A stretch of DNA of 64,000 nt, taken from NCBI GenBank assembly GCA_965235115.1, contig OZ249440.1, forward strand, positions 25,110,001-25,174,000. The letters run 5' to 3'. A program made the translations under genes and the position numbers. The notes under the pieces were generated by a model. That model did not search any database. It worked only from the letters and a program-made list of their open reading frames with translations, and had not been told where the DNA came from. Numbering within the stretch: position 1 is the first letter of the stretch; each line of letters opens with the position of its first letter. This document shows, piece by piece, positions 34,921-47,930 of this stretch. This stretch comes from Laetmonice hystrix (lineage: Eukaryota).

Positions 34921-36348
34921 TGATCCTGCCGCCCACACCAGAACCGTGATATCATGAGCAGTGTATGTCCGAACGGACGCTATGTATGTACGTCCGGAGT
35001 GACCTAGTTATTGGGTTGTGATGTCACGGGTGGTGGTGGTGGTGGTGCTGACGGAGTGCTGTAACACTGACGGCCGATCTCCACCACAGTGGAAAGCTCG
35101 CGTGTGTTGTGGGGCCGGACTGGTTCGTTGTTGTCGCCCTTTACCCGCTGTTGTTTGGATATAATCCCACTGCAATCAGTCAGCTGATGACCATGATCAT
35201 GGCCTGTACGGAGGGAGGCCTGTACGGGGCTGGGTAAGACCGTACACCGTTTGGATCAGGTCGGCCTGTCTGAGATAGACACGGCTCGGACGGTAAGACA
35301 ATTGTGTGTGTGTGTAAACTGTACTAGATTGTCGGTGGATTTCCCCGTTTATATACTGGTATAGGATGGAGTAACCAAGGCTGCAGTCACAGCATAGCGT
35401 ATATATGTACACACAGTAAGGCAGGTTACCATGGGGGCAGACAGGGGTACGAGATCAAACACAGTGTCAGTGACGATCATACCAGGGGTAAATATTGGTG
35501 CTGGTTTGTGGAGGTCACATCAGCAGCTGTCAGTCGGCGGAGGGACAACACCGTCAGGGAATGAAGATGTCGTACTGTATTGACGCCACTCATTATACGG
35601 CTGTCCTAACCAGTCACTGGCCGTAATCATTCCATGGAGAATATTTCAGAGGGCCGGCTGACGTGACTAGCACTCATTACTGCCTGAAGGAAGGCGTTGA
35701 ACAATCAGCCCAGACACTCACCACCGGCCCGAGGGGCCGTGGATCCACTAACCGACCATGACAGAGACAGTCTGTGACCCAGTAAAAAAGGAAGCATACT
35801 CACATATAACAGAATGAGGGTCAGTAGACGAAGCAGGAAACATCCTGATAAGATTACTGAACCCAGTACCAGGTCAGAACCAGTGAAGTGAACCTTTAAT
35901 TTGTCAGTGTTTTAGTGTGAGAAGGGAAGTGTGTGCAGCCGAGTTTGATACAACAAATGTGCCACTAGTTGAGCTCAACACGCCGGGGAAAGCCCTATGT
36001 GATCTTCTTTCTTCCAGTGGACTATAGCGGATACTGAAAATAACTCATTGAAATTAAAGGATGACCTGCATGTGGTAATTTTCACCCGAGTCAGATTGAG
36101 CAGTGTCAGAGCCTCAATGAGATACGGTGGTGTCGTTTAAAACGAAGATTGAAGGGTTTACCGGCACAAGGTGAGCTGACTGAGACGGTGAGTCACTCAG
36201 AAAGACTGAGGGAGAGACTCATGGTGTAAATATAAACATGCTGGTAGGGGCCACGTGTCTGAGTGGCCATAGCGTTCTGCACAGACACGGCGACTTGTAG
36301 GAATCATGAATACATGTCTGCCTCAAACACTGTACACAGCGTTCGTCT

Positions 36349-36680
36349 GGGCCGGGAGAGCCAGAGTGTTCAACTCTCGCACATTTCTGTCTGCAGGAAG
36401 TATGGGCCGGGAGAGCCAGAGTGTTCAACTCTCGCACATTTCTGTCTGCAGGAAGTATGGGCCGGGAGAGCCAGAGTGTTCAACTCTCGCACATTTCTGT
36501 CTGCAGGAAGTATGGGCCGGGAGAGCCAGAGTGTTCAACTCTCACACATTTCTGTCTGCAGGAAGTATGGGCCGGGAGAGCCAGAGTGTTCAACTCTCAC
36601 ACATTTCTGTCTGCAGGAAGTATGGGCCGGGAGAGCCAGAGTGTTCAACTCTCGCACATTTCTGTCTGCAGGAAGTATGG
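36349..36680. repeat. 55-bp minisatellite, about 6 copies
   Basis: gggccgggagagccagagtgttcaactctcgcacatttctgtctgcaggaagtat repeated. Confidence 0.95.
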
Positions 36681-36818
36681 CTGAGAGTTCATGGCCGTGA
36701 ATACAGTGCGGATAACTGCCTTGATACAACGTTAGATATGTTCACGCTGTTATCCTGTCAGAGATAACAGGTACAGAGAACACCTTGTGCGAACTGTTTA
36801 TGACAACCAGTGTAAACG

Positions 36819-37215
36819 TACTCAGGAAGGTGTTTAATTGTACTCAGGAAGGTGTTTAATTGTACTCAGGAAGGTGTTTAACTGTACTCAGGAAGGTGTT
36901 TAATTGTACTCAGGAAGGTGTTTAATTGTACTCAGGAAGGTGTTTAATTGTACTCAGGAAGGTGTTTAATTGTACTCAGGAAGGTGTTTAATTGTACTTA
37001 GGAAGGTGTTTAATTGTACTCAGGAAGGTGTTTAATTGTACTCAGGAAGGTGTTTAATTGTACTCAGGAACTCAGGAAGGCGTTTAATTGTACTCAGGAA
37101 CTCAGGAAGGCGTTTAATTGTACTCAGGAACTCAGGAAGGTGTGTAATTGTACTCAGGAAGGTGTTTAACTGTACTCAGGAAGGTGTTTAATTGACTTGT
37201 ACTCAGGAAGGTGTT
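36819..37215. repeat. 22-bp minisatellite
   Basis: tgtactcaggaaggtgtttaat repeated. Confidence 0.95.
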
Positions 37216-37499
37216 TGATTGACCCCAGGAGATCATTCATTGGGAGCTCATAACGACGAGGGATATAGAGGATACAGAGTGGGATGGCAGGGATTGTTCT
37301 CGACCTGTCATAGTATGTATCCCGGGACAATCTGTATCCAGGATAAGACATAAACTGGTGATATCCACAGTGATTGATAGTTTCCTCAGTCCACCGACCG
37401 GGCGGCCGCAGTCTGTATTGATCTGTGTGGTCCGTGGTGTTCACACAGCAGTCATCTGATGCAGGACCGTGTTTCCTGATGGCCACGGTCTACTCCGGC

Positions 37500-38055
37500 T
37501 CATCCAGGCAGATGTGGTCTACCAGTACAGGAGAGACCAGTGCACTCTCCAGGCGGTGTATGGGTTGTGTTGGTTACATCCAGGCAGAGGGATGTGGTCT
37601 ACCAGTACAGGAGAGACCAGTGCACTCTCCAGGCGGTGTATGGGTTGTGTTTGTTACATCCAGGCAGAGGGATGTGGTCTACCAGTACAGGAGAGACCAG
37701 TGCACTCTCCAGGCGGTGTATGGGTTGTGTTGGTTACATCCAGGCAGAGGGATGTGGTCTACCAGTACAGGAGAGACCAGTGCACTCTCCAGGCGGTGTA
37801 TGGGTTGTGTTGGATTCATCCAGGCAGAGGGATGTGGTCTACCAGTACAGGAGAGACCAGTGCACTCTCCAGGCGGTGTATGGGTTGTGTTGGATTCATC
37901 CAGGCAGAGGGATGTGGTCTACCAGTACAGGAGAGACCAGTGCACTCTCCAGGCGGTGTATGGGTTGTGTTGGTTTCATCCAGGCCGAGAGATGTGGTCT
38001 ACCAGTACAGGAGAGACCAGTGCACTCTCCAGGCGGTGTATGGGTTGTGTTGGTT
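37500..38055. repeat. 80-bp minisatellite, about 7 copies
   Basis: catccaggcagagggatgtggtctaccagtacaggagagaccagtgcactctccaggcggtgtatgggttgtgttggtta repeated. Confidence 0.95.
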
Positions 38056-38329
38056 GTGAAGGGGTTGGTTTGCTAGGGGAAACCCTGTAGTGAGAAAGAA
38101 TCCAGTGAGTGGGCTGGATGAGTGCTCATCACACATCCACAACCTGGGAACGACAATCTGGGGCTAATCATCGCGGTGTAGAGCAACGCCAACAGGCACG
38201 TTTATTTACAGTCAGATACACGACTTGTTCTCATTTTCCATGCTATTATAATATTAACTGCTAAAATTGGAGTGGCTAGATCGTACGGATGTGAGGGGGT
38301 GGACTGTTGTGGTCCGAAAGGATGAATTT

Positions 38330-39700
38330 TGAGTATGAACAGATCGTTTGTACATTAGATTCAAAAGGTGGGCATCTCGTCTTTGTGATAATAAGGGTAG
38401 CATCTAGCTAGTTTATGTAGGTTAATTATACTAATTCTGTCTCTTATATTGAGAAAGATTCTGAGGCACCTATTCTGAACTCGTTGTAATTTGATTAGGG
38501 ATTTCGAGGTAGCTGCAGCATAAAGTACATCACCATAGTCCAGATAAGGCAGAACCATTGCTTTATATAGTTTCAATGCAGCTTTTGAGGTGAGAAACCT
38601 TCTGATTTTGTTTAACTGGTATGTTTTAGGATTTGCAGTGGCGCTAATCCGTGCAACGTGTGCAGCAAATTGTAAGGGATGGGTTAAGTGTTTACCCCAA
38701 ATATGTATATGTTTTTGCTACTCTAAGTGGTTGGTTGTTAATGATATTTGGTGTATATATGGGCTTTTGAGAGTTTAGATCTTTGCCCAAACATACGCTT
38801 GGTTTTCTGGACGTTCAGTGTTAAAACATCTTTATTACCATTTTGTTAGGTTATCTGTATCTTCTTGGATTTGCTGTCTCGCCAATCAGTCATCAATGTT
38901 TGCTGTGTAAATTACCGTGTCATCATCTGATAATTTTACCTGGGAGTATTTAAGATAATCTGGTAGGTCATAAATATTAGGAACAAACGCGGTCCAAGAG
39001 TTGAGCCCTGGGGCACACCACATGTTATAGGTAAAAGACAGTAGACTAGAGGTTATCGAGTTTGCCACTGTTTTTTCTGTGCTGTTAGTTAGGTAATCAG
39101 TTATCCAACAAGTGGCGGACAGATGAAATCCCAACTTGAATACTTTCTTATAAATATGAGTATGATTAATTGTATCAAAAGCTTGACTAAAGTCGAAAAA
39201 GACTGCATGAGTTAGTAAATTCATATCTGGCCGGTTGCAAGGACATAGTTAGTCTCGAGAATAATCCAATCTGTGGATTTAAGCATATTTTCAGTTTCCA
39301 AAAAGTCAGAATTTTCTAGCCTTTTCCCATTTTTGGAGACTGGCCCTTATTTCGCTGGCCAAGAACAAAAGAATTCCATTAAACAGGACTACCAAACTAA
39401 ACGTACCCAACCTTAAATCTAGGCTAGATAGTAAATTTTAAAGCCATTCGTGGGATTAACTTCACAAAATGTTCTTTCAACCGGCCAATTAAATAATATT
39501 AGTGTTATATTGTCTGCTAGTTCAGCAGCAGTTTAGATACAGGAATGTTGAGGCCTAAAGCCTTCCTGGTGTGAAGTATATATGATTTTCTTAAAGGTGA
39601 CTAAACGTGATTAAAGTAATCTATTTGGATAAGTAGGGATGAAGTGTACATTTTTTGAGAAGTTTGGTTGGGCCATACAATAACCCCTTTGTGCCATCCT
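38330..39700 (-). mobile_element. Decayed non-LTR retrotransposon (CR1/L2-type LINE) reverse transcriptase fragment
   Basis: Minus-strand remnants HQEGFRPQHS, AVFFDFSQAFDTINH, LPDYLKYSQVKLSDDDTVIY (degenerate F/YADD) and LYKAMVLPYLDYGDVLY...KLQRVQNRCLRI; stops and frameshifts. Confidence 0.9.
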
Positions 39701-39961
39701 ATTGGTTAGCATTAAAATGAAAAATGAAGTTTTTTTTTAAAGAATATCACTGCACGTTCGTTGACATTGCTGATTGCCGGGCGCGTCATGTTATGAAGCC
39801 CCTAACCCACTAATACCACAAAACAAGAGTTCTGTCGCAAACACACGGAACTTCTCTGTGTTTCCCCGCCTGGGATGTGTAGTTCTAGTGCTGTGGTCCC
39901 AGCATGTAGCCTCCGTTTGCTGACCTTGTCTTCTGATTGTTTGACCTTTCACCTGTTTTAG

Positions 39962-40059
39962 GTGACCTTCCAACCTCCGGTGAAGCCAAAGGAAGAGACG
40001 AAGGCGTCGGTTGACCTTGATGCGGCCATCGACCTCTTCAGTCAACTGTCCCTGAAAAC
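39962..40059 (+). CDS. TACC: First constant TACC exon (VTFQPPVKPKEETKASVDLDAAIDLFSQLSLK-T)
   Basis: Acceptor acctttcacctgttttag|; donor AC|GTAAGT; phase 0 in, phase 2 out, joining in frame to 41234. Confidence 0.8.
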
Positions 40060-41233
40060 GTAAGTATCCTACAGCATTCTGTCCAGTAGGCATGTGCTGC
40101 TGTTTGAAGAATCATGTTCCGGTAGTACAGGTTTAAAACACATGTATTTTCTGTACATGTATGTTAGTGAACGTATATTTGATCTTATACATTATCTTGT
40201 GTTCACTTATGTTGGATAAGGATGTCAGGATTTGCGGAGGCATTGAGACGGCAGAGCACCACATGGGGTAGCACCGTGAACACCCCCTGCCCCTGGCCAG
40301 GATGTCATGGCGTTTATTTGCCTCACTAGTTCTGGGTGCAGAACTCATGCCCAATTAATCCCAAAGATTTAAAAGGCCTTTGTTTTCAGCATTCTTGGGC
40401 AGTTTGAATAAGTTCATTCCAAGGGAACATTTCTCTAAGAAATTGGACGGGCCGCGGGCGTAATCTGTTAGAGCTGTCTCCTTAGAGTTAAGAATTCTGA
40501 ATGCGCTGGCAGCGTTGTTTTTACCGTCCATGCAGGTACATGTATAAGCCTATGTCAAGTGTGAGGATGTTGGTATAGATGGCATGCAGGTAACAGAAAT
40601 AATATAAACATCACAGCTTGAGCACCGGTCACTGGTGTTACAAGATCTCCACATAGGTCGCTAATCTCCCTCGTGCTCCCTCAGTCCATTCTTCAGGAAG
40701 AAAAGAAACTTTGAATCTCTCACTAAGAGGTCAAAGGCCGTTCGTATTAAAGGAGAGTTGAAACCTGTAGGGCCTAGACGTTCTGGGCACCTGATGGGTC
40801 AACGTTAACAGACTTGAATCAGGTACTGGCTGCAGTAAGTCAGAGTAGTCTTTCCTTGATCCCCCCCGGTCAGTTTTACCTCAGGCATGGACACGGTTCT
40901 CTGATGGTAGGGGAACTTTTGTTTTTGCGTTTTTCCACTGGTGGTGTTTTGCTCCATATGTCCAGAAGTGCGTGTCAGGTCGCAGTATGGGAGCGAATCA
41001 ACATGGGCACTGGACTGCAGTCTGGTGATTCTATTGTACTAACCAGGAAATCTAGGCAAATCATGGAACGTGTGAACCTCTCTTCAACGTGGCATTGACC
41101 GTGTATCTTGATTTGTAAAGGTAGAGAGCTAAGAAAGATCTATCTGAATGCGATGTGTGGGGAAAAATTGAGATGTCTCAAATATTCTCACAAGCTTGTA
41201 AATAATTTTAAGGACTCACCTGTGTATTTGCAG

Positions 41234-43921
41234 GCCCATCAAGCCAGCAACAGACGAAAGCGTACGTGAAGATTCGACGTCGACGTCGGTGAAACCTAAA
41301 GTCAGTGATATCGGAAGCAGCCCAGCCGTTGTCAAGACCTTGCCACCATCCCAGAAGGACATCCCAGCAACTGAAGACCCCCAACCTCCAGTCAAGAAGG
41401 AAGAAGCAACAGCTGCCGAACCGCAGCCTCCAGCTCAGAAGGAAGTACTTCCAGCTGCCGAGCCCCCGGCACCAGCCAAAGAGGAGTTAACACCAGCTGA
41501 CGAGCCCAAGCCACCAGCCCAGGAGTTACCACCAGCTGACGAGCCCAAGCCACCAGCCCAGGAGGAGTTAACACCAGCTGACGAGCCCAAGCCACCAGCC
41601 CAGGAGTTACTACCAGCTGACGAGCCCAAGCCACCAGCCCAGGAGGAGGTACCACCAGCTGACGAGCCCAAGCCACCAGCACAGGAGGAGTTACCACCAG
41701 CACAGGAGAAGTTACCACCAGCTGACGAGCCCAAGCCACCAGCACAGGAGGAGTTACCACCAGTTGACGAGCCCAAGCCACCAGCCCAGGAGGAGTTACC
41801 ACCAGCACAGGAGAAGTTACCACCAGCTGACGAGCCCAAGCCACCAGTCCAGGAGGAGTTACCACCAGCTGACAAGCCCAAGCCACCAGCCCAGGAGGAG
41901 TTACCGGCATCTGAAGAGCCTCCAGCTGAGACTACACAACAAACACTTGATAAAGAACCCAAACAGCCTGTTGAAGATGTGACCTCGCTGGTTGAACCTA
42001 AAGTAGAAATAAGAGAACCAGTGCCAGCAGGAGATGAACAGACTCCTCCAGGTGATCCACATAATGTTCTCCAGGAGGAGAAGTCCTCCAGTGACAAGCC
42101 TCCTGTAGTTTTAAAAGAAGAAGGTTCTGCAGTTGAAGAAGACACCAAACCCCTTGTTGAGGAGCCAGCGGTGAAGCATCTAAAGCCTGGCGATGTGAAA
42201 ACTGGTCAGACCGCCCGTCCTGTTACACCAGAACCTGAAGATGACGACTTTAAAGACTGTGTGACTTCACTGCCGAACTCTCCAGAGAAGCCTCAAGAAG
42301 AGGCCCCTGTGGCAGCGTCACCAAGCGTCGAAGAAGATAACGAGATAGTTTTCAATGTTAAGGACCGAGATGTAGAACCGAAAATCTCATCGGAACAAAA
42401 TCAGCCTGAAGTCTTGGTCACACCGGTGGTGGCTCAGGTAGAGTCTCGGACAGACTCAACTGATGTCCACGCTAAACCGGCAGGTGAGCCTGCTATTGGT
42501 CACGAAATAAAGTCCCCAGCCAAGTCAGCTCCTGAAAAGTCTGACTCGGACACTGTTCAAAGTCCAGAAGCAGCTGCAGCAGAGTCTGCGCCAGTAGAAG
42601 AGGCTGCCCCTCAGGTGACTGAACCTTGTGAATCAGCAGACACAACACCAGCTTCTCATACTGGTGTTGACAAGGAAGAGGAAACAAAAGCTGTACCAGA
42701 AAAATTGGAACCAGAAGTAGTCCCAGAAAAAGTGGTGGAAGAAAATTCTGCTGTCAAAGAAACCTCGGCCAAGCAAGAAGAAAAGCCTGAGCCTGAAAAA
42801 GAAAGTGCACACTCTGAAGATAAGTTAACCGTAGAAGAACCTTCTCAGCCAGAACCTGTCTTACCCAAGAACCAAGAAGAGGAGGTCAAGCCAAAAGAGG
42901 TAGCGCCAGAACCTGCGGAAGTTGTAGAAGAGATTTCTAAACCCGAACCAACTCCTGCACAAAAACACCCAGAAGTTGTGCATGAACAGGATACTTCGGA
43001 GGACACTAAAACCAAACCAGAAGACATCCCTATTGTGGAACAGTCCGTTTCCTTACCAGCTCCCATAGAATCAGAGGAACCTAAGCCAAAGGAAGTACCA
43101 GAGCAGGAGGATATTCAGCCTGCAGCCTCAGAACCTGAGGCTGTGTCTGAGCCAGCACAGGCGCTGAAAACTACGCCTAAACTGGAAGCAGCCACGAAGC
43201 AGATCGCTGATGAGATCTTCTCAGACCTTGCAAAGTCAACGGTTCTTAAAGAGAAGAAACCAGTGATTGAGGTGAACCAATTAACAACACCGGCACTAGA
43301 ATCTGAGCCTGACCAATCAGAGAAAGTAACAGACCAAACGCCGCCCCAGTTGGAGGAAGCCAGAGAGCCTTCAGAAGAGGCAGCCAAGGCAGAACCTCTA
43401 CAGGCGCCGACAGCGGAACCTCAAGCACCCGAATCAGGCGCTGAGGACCCGCTACAAGCGGCTCCAGTTGAGGAGTCTAACGACAACACTGTGGAAGCAA
43501 AGGATTCCGAGCAGCCTCGTAGTGAGGCAGTTCCGATTCCGGCTTCTAACCAACCTGCAGCCATGGACGACAATGTCCAACCTGCATCTCCCCCTATTCT
43601 GCCGAAGGGGTCGTATCAGTTTGATTTCGACAGTTTCGATGAAAACACAAACCCGTTTGCAACCAAAGTAAAGCTTGGCAGTTCACCACCGGTGAACAAG
43701 CCAACCACATTGGACATCAACAGCGGGGACTTTGACCCCTTCAAACCGAGTAAAACTTTGTCTAGTTCACCGCCGTCGTCGCCAAGGACGACGCTAGCTG
43801 ATGCAATAGACAACAATCAGGTGGACAATGTCAACTCGGATAGTAGCAGAAACTTTGGGGAGACTACAACAGTTAGCGATGCAACCGCCATGCCACCCCC
43901 TGAACCAAAGAAAACACCAAA
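41234..43921 (+). CDS. TACC: Large constant TACC exon (2688 nt, phase 2/2): PEVK-like repeats plus SDP-repeat motifs
   Basis: Acceptor tgtgtatttgcag|; donor AA|GTAAGT; PPILPKGSYQFDFDSFDENTNPFATKVKLGSSPP...DFDPFKPSKTLSSSPPSSP closely parallels vertebrate TACC2 IPIAKGTYTFDIDKWDDPNFNPF...VDPFKTSSKTPSSPSKSP (recalled); in-frame ELPPADEPKPPAQE repeats 41470-41900. Confidence 0.88.
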
Positions 43922-44172
43922 GTAAGTGCACCTTTATATATTTAAAAAAAAAAAAAAAAAAAAAAATTGAAGTGAGAAATTATCATTTGCAAGTCTATTT
44001 TAAGAAATACCAGAACCTACATACATATAATGAACCGTATTCTTAAAATGTTGAGTATAAGGAAACAATTTCCGTACATATAAATAAACTTTTACTCGCT
44101 GATTGAACTTTTAGACTGCAGTTTCCCTGAGGGTAACTTAAAATGTTTGGTTTATTTTGTGGTGTGTTTTAG

Positions 44173-44184
44173 ACGAACAGTCAG
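44173..44184 (+). CDS. TACC: Candidate 12-nt microexon (phase 2/2; adds RTVR after ...TPK)
   Basis: ttttgtggtgtgttttag|ACGAACAGTCAG|gtgagt; consensus donor; frame-neutral. Confidence 0.65.
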
Positions 44185-44867
44185 GTGAGTGAACGTAAAC
44201 GATATTCTCCATCCAACCTGGCCTGCTATCAGCACCTGGCCGTAACATTCTCAGTGTCTGTGGCTCTGAACCCAGACACACTGCCATCTGCTCAGAATGC
44301 AATAATTAGCTTGGCTTCAAAGCAAGGCTAAGTAACCAATGCCATGGTCATAATGAGACGCAGTCATATTGCATGAGTTTGGTCCAGTAATCCCGTTTGA
44401 ACCATAGCGCCTCAGGTGTGGCCGCTGAATGCTGGGTGAACGGTACAAACATCCTGCTCTCCACCAAACTAAATTGTGTGGTTTATTTTTGGTGATTTAC
44501 CCTGATTTATCTAGACCTGGTCAAGGTGGATATCCCCTGATTCCGTCAGTTCAGTTTAACACACAACTGATGGATGTCGACTATGATTTTTACCAGCTAG
44601 ACGATGGTCCAGTTGTTTGGAAACCTTATAATCCAGCTTTGGGTTCAGGTTCTTTTCGCACTAACAAAACGCTTTCCCCCAGCAAACACCTATATAAATA
44701 TCAGGTATAAACATTGCGAGCTAGCATTTGAGATTAGAAAGAAGATAGGGAAGGGCACTGCAGTACTGGTTTAAATGTTGAAGATCGAGAAAAGATTCGG
44801 AAAGGAACCCCGAGATAGGTCAACCTTCACAGCTGACGGCCAAACGTCAATGTTTTTGTTTGGGTGA

Positions 44868-45236
44868 ACTTTAGTGAGACATAGAGTGGGCTACGCTGAA
44901 CTTGAGTGAGACATAGAGTGGGCTACGCTGAACTTGAGTGAGATATAGAGTGGGCTACGCTGAACTTGAGTGAGACATAGAGTGGGCTACGCTGAACGTG
45001 GGTGAGATATAGAGTGGGCTACGCTGAACTTGAGTGAGACATAGAGTGGGCTACGCTGAACGTGAGTGAGATATAGAGTGGGCTACGCTGAACTTGAGTG
45101 AAACATAGAGTGGGCTACGCTGAACTTGAGTGAGACATAGAGTGGGCTACGCTGAACTTGAGTGAGATATAGAGTGGGCTACGCTGAACTTGAGTGAGAT
45201 ATAGAGTGGGCTACGCTGAACTTGAGTGAGATATAG
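44868..45236. repeat. 32-bp minisatellite, about 11 copies
   Basis: tgagtgagacatagagtgggctacgctgaact repeated. Confidence 0.95.
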
Positions 45237-45353
45237 ACGGCTCAGCGCAGTGTGGTTAGTTCTTACCTGTGGTACCAGGGGGCAGCAGTGGTTGATGGTC
45301 GTGATGTTGGTGGTGGTGCACCGCAAGCACAACATGGATGTTATTTTGACCAG

Positions 45354-45367
45354 GTTGCTATGGCAAT
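45354..45367 (+). promoter_or_regulatory. RFX X-box-like site
   Basis: GTTGCTATGGCAAT. Confidence 0.45.
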
Positions 45368-45790
45368 GGTCGCTAGGTCCGGGTAGCGAAGGTTAGGGAG
45401 CAGCAATGGTGGATATGAGGTGAGATTGTTGTACTCTTTTTATAGAATGTTGCCAGGCCAGTATTATTCTGACCCTAAGTGAACCCAACCAGAGTTAAAC
45501 TTGTTGGTCTCATCATCACAAGGTGCCGGTTTAGACGGGTCGAGTTCCTGCAGGGTGTCCTGATGGGGGACTGGTACTCGATGAGATAGGACTATTTTAG
45601 TGACTATCAATGTGGGTTTGAGGGTAGTTTTGCACTGACTACCCCAGAGATAGCTCGGGTACTGGAACCCAGGACTTACCATGAAGAATTTCTGTGATCG
45701 TTCTTTCTGTTATTGATGTCAGATCGGGGCATACTTGAGTAACTCATGAATCCGATCACACTTGACATGTGTTATCTTTGGTAGGGGAGG

Positions 45791-46825
45791 CAGGGTTCGT
45801 ACGGGTTTTGGAAAGGTCTGGAAAGTGATCATTGGGTTTTCCACGACCAAAAAGTCTTGGAAAGTTTTCTGTCATGGGCTATGGAAAGGAAAACCTGTTA
45901 ATTTAATAAAGTCTGGGCTTCCGCTAGCCGTTCGCCACGTTCGCATTGGCGAAACAGAAAGCAAGGTGGCGAAGGATATGATCATGAAATAGGCTCTTGT
46001 TTCGCCACACTGGTGACCCTCCCGCCTAAAATGTATGCATACGGGATAGCAAAGATATATCCGTTTACAACCGGACAGATGGTAGTTCGAAAAATGTGGC
46101 TAGAGAAAATCTGATGTGGCTACAGGATTTGGGTGCCCGTTTAGCCACGGTGGCTCAAGTGTGCAGGTCTTAACTGACAACTGCTTTAAACTGACAACAG
46201 TTGTCAGTTTAGATCTAGGTCTAAACTGACAAATAATGATCACTATAGTGCTGGAATGTTAATCACTAATATGAATAGATTCTCCATGACAGGAATGTAG
46301 CCGGCATTGCTTCTCACATCAACCAAAAATATTGGCAGTGCACATTTTGTTGTTTTGTGTGTCGCATCTAACAAAATACTTGGAATACCTGTAAGAACAA
46401 TATTATTAGAGAAAATCATAAGTGGAACCTTTATTTCTATAGTGCCTTTCACAGAGAGCAATTATCGTTAGATACTGTCATCATCTGAATCAGTTCAAAT
46501 TAGTGATTACCATTTCAGCGGCTAGTAATCATTATTTGTCAGTTTAGACCAGGATCTAAACTGACAACTGTTGTCAGTTTAAACCAGTTGTCAGTTTAGA
46601 CCTGCACACTCAAGTAAAATATCGGCAAGCGGGAGCCCAGAGTAGTGTTTCAGCTGTAGTTTTTTTCAGTAATTAGCCGTCGTCATCTCTAAATTAGCCT
46701 AAGTCCAGACAGTTAGGGCACTGTTCTTGGGTTTGAAGGTAGAGGGTATGGAAATTTGAATTTTGTGTTTTGGAAAGTTTTGGAAAAGTTATGGAAATTC
46801 TTCCAGGAAAGCTGTACGAACCCTG
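45791..46825. mobile_element. hAT-like non-autonomous element (CAGGGTTCGTAC TIRs) carrying a nested insertion
   Basis: cagggttcgtacgg ... ctgtacgaaccctg; subterminal tggaaa repeats at both ends; TSD not preserved. Confidence 0.6.
46160..46608. mobile_element. TGT...ACA foldback element with long TIRs and 6-bp TSD (Ginger-like)
   Basis: TIRs of about 125 bp starting tgtgcaggtct and built from AAACTGACAA motifs; CTCAAG on both flanks. Confidence 0.75.
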
Positions 46826-47322
46826 GTCATCTTTGGTTGGGGAGAAGAACAAAGCACCTCTGGCGGCGGCCACCACCTCGTGTTGGTGGTGGCAGTGGTG
46901 CGGGAACCATGGTAGCCGGGAGCACCACCGGAGAGTAGGTCATGAAGGGAGAAGTTTCTCTCTCCATTCAGGATGTGGGTAAACAGTCGAGATGAGATAG
47001 CGATGTTAGATGTAAACACGGGATGCTGCTGGCCGCCCCAGTCAGTGAACTGTTTGTAATCGGTCCCCCAAACATACCGCCGGTACAGGGATCGTCAGGA
47101 GAGTTTGAAAACCTACCTCTGGTGTGCGATCACCTGGTGGGGGCGGTTCACTGAGTCCTGACCGGTCACTCACTGGGCATCATCAGGACCCTGGAGTACC
47201 CGGCCCAAGGCTGCTGGTCCTGTTGTTGTGAAGGTTGTGGAAGGGACAGATATTAAGACAAGGAGGAAGGTTGGGTTGGATTGGGTATTGTGACCCTTCC
47301 TCTCGATGTGTTGGCTTCTCAG

Positions 47323-47334
47323 GAAGAAGAAGAG
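47323..47334 (+). CDS. TACC: Candidate 12-nt microexon (phase 2/2; GAAGAAGAAGAG, adds KKKR)
   Basis: gtgttggcttctcag|GAAGAAGAAGAG|gtaagg; frame-neutral; extends the basic cluster. Confidence 0.5.
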
Positions 47335-47930
47335 GTAAGGGTCCGGGAACTGGAGGACTGGAGGGGGGAGGGTTAATGTCAAGAAGATAATTCATGTGTC
47401 TTACCGGTGACATTAGTAGCTGTCCTGGGATCGTTTTTTTCTTTCGTGAAAGGGTTGTATCTGTAGGAACCTGAACTAATCATCGGAAGGGGTGAAAAAT
47501 CCGTGAAGTATCAAGGTATGCTTCATCCGGGTATTCCGGTTAAAGCGGGAGAGATTTAACCAGATTTGACAGATATAGTAAGATTGAGAGTCGGGGGAGA
47601 CGAGGGAGGGGGGTCGAGAGTTGCCGGTTCTGTCCCGTGCAGGGGGAGACGTGGGGGTGGGGGGGGGGGGGGGTCGAGAGTTGCCGGTTCATAGCCGCAT
47701 GTTTAACTGCTTTAGCAATCCTAACCAAGTCGCTACCGGTACAACATGTTCACTAGTAGAGTGACTTCGTTGATTGTTTAACGTTTGGTAGCAGGAGTTT
47801 ACAGATGTCTCATGGGACTGATTATATATTCACGAAGAAAACGAAAAACAAAAAATTTCGTTTCATGAAAGTTTGAATGTACCACAGTCCAAGAAATGGA
47901 AAAAAAACCGTTGTAATTTGTTTTTATTAG

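Noticed and set aside
37425-38090. ORFs of 178-221 aa in three frames
   Set aside because: 80-bp minisatellite read-through.
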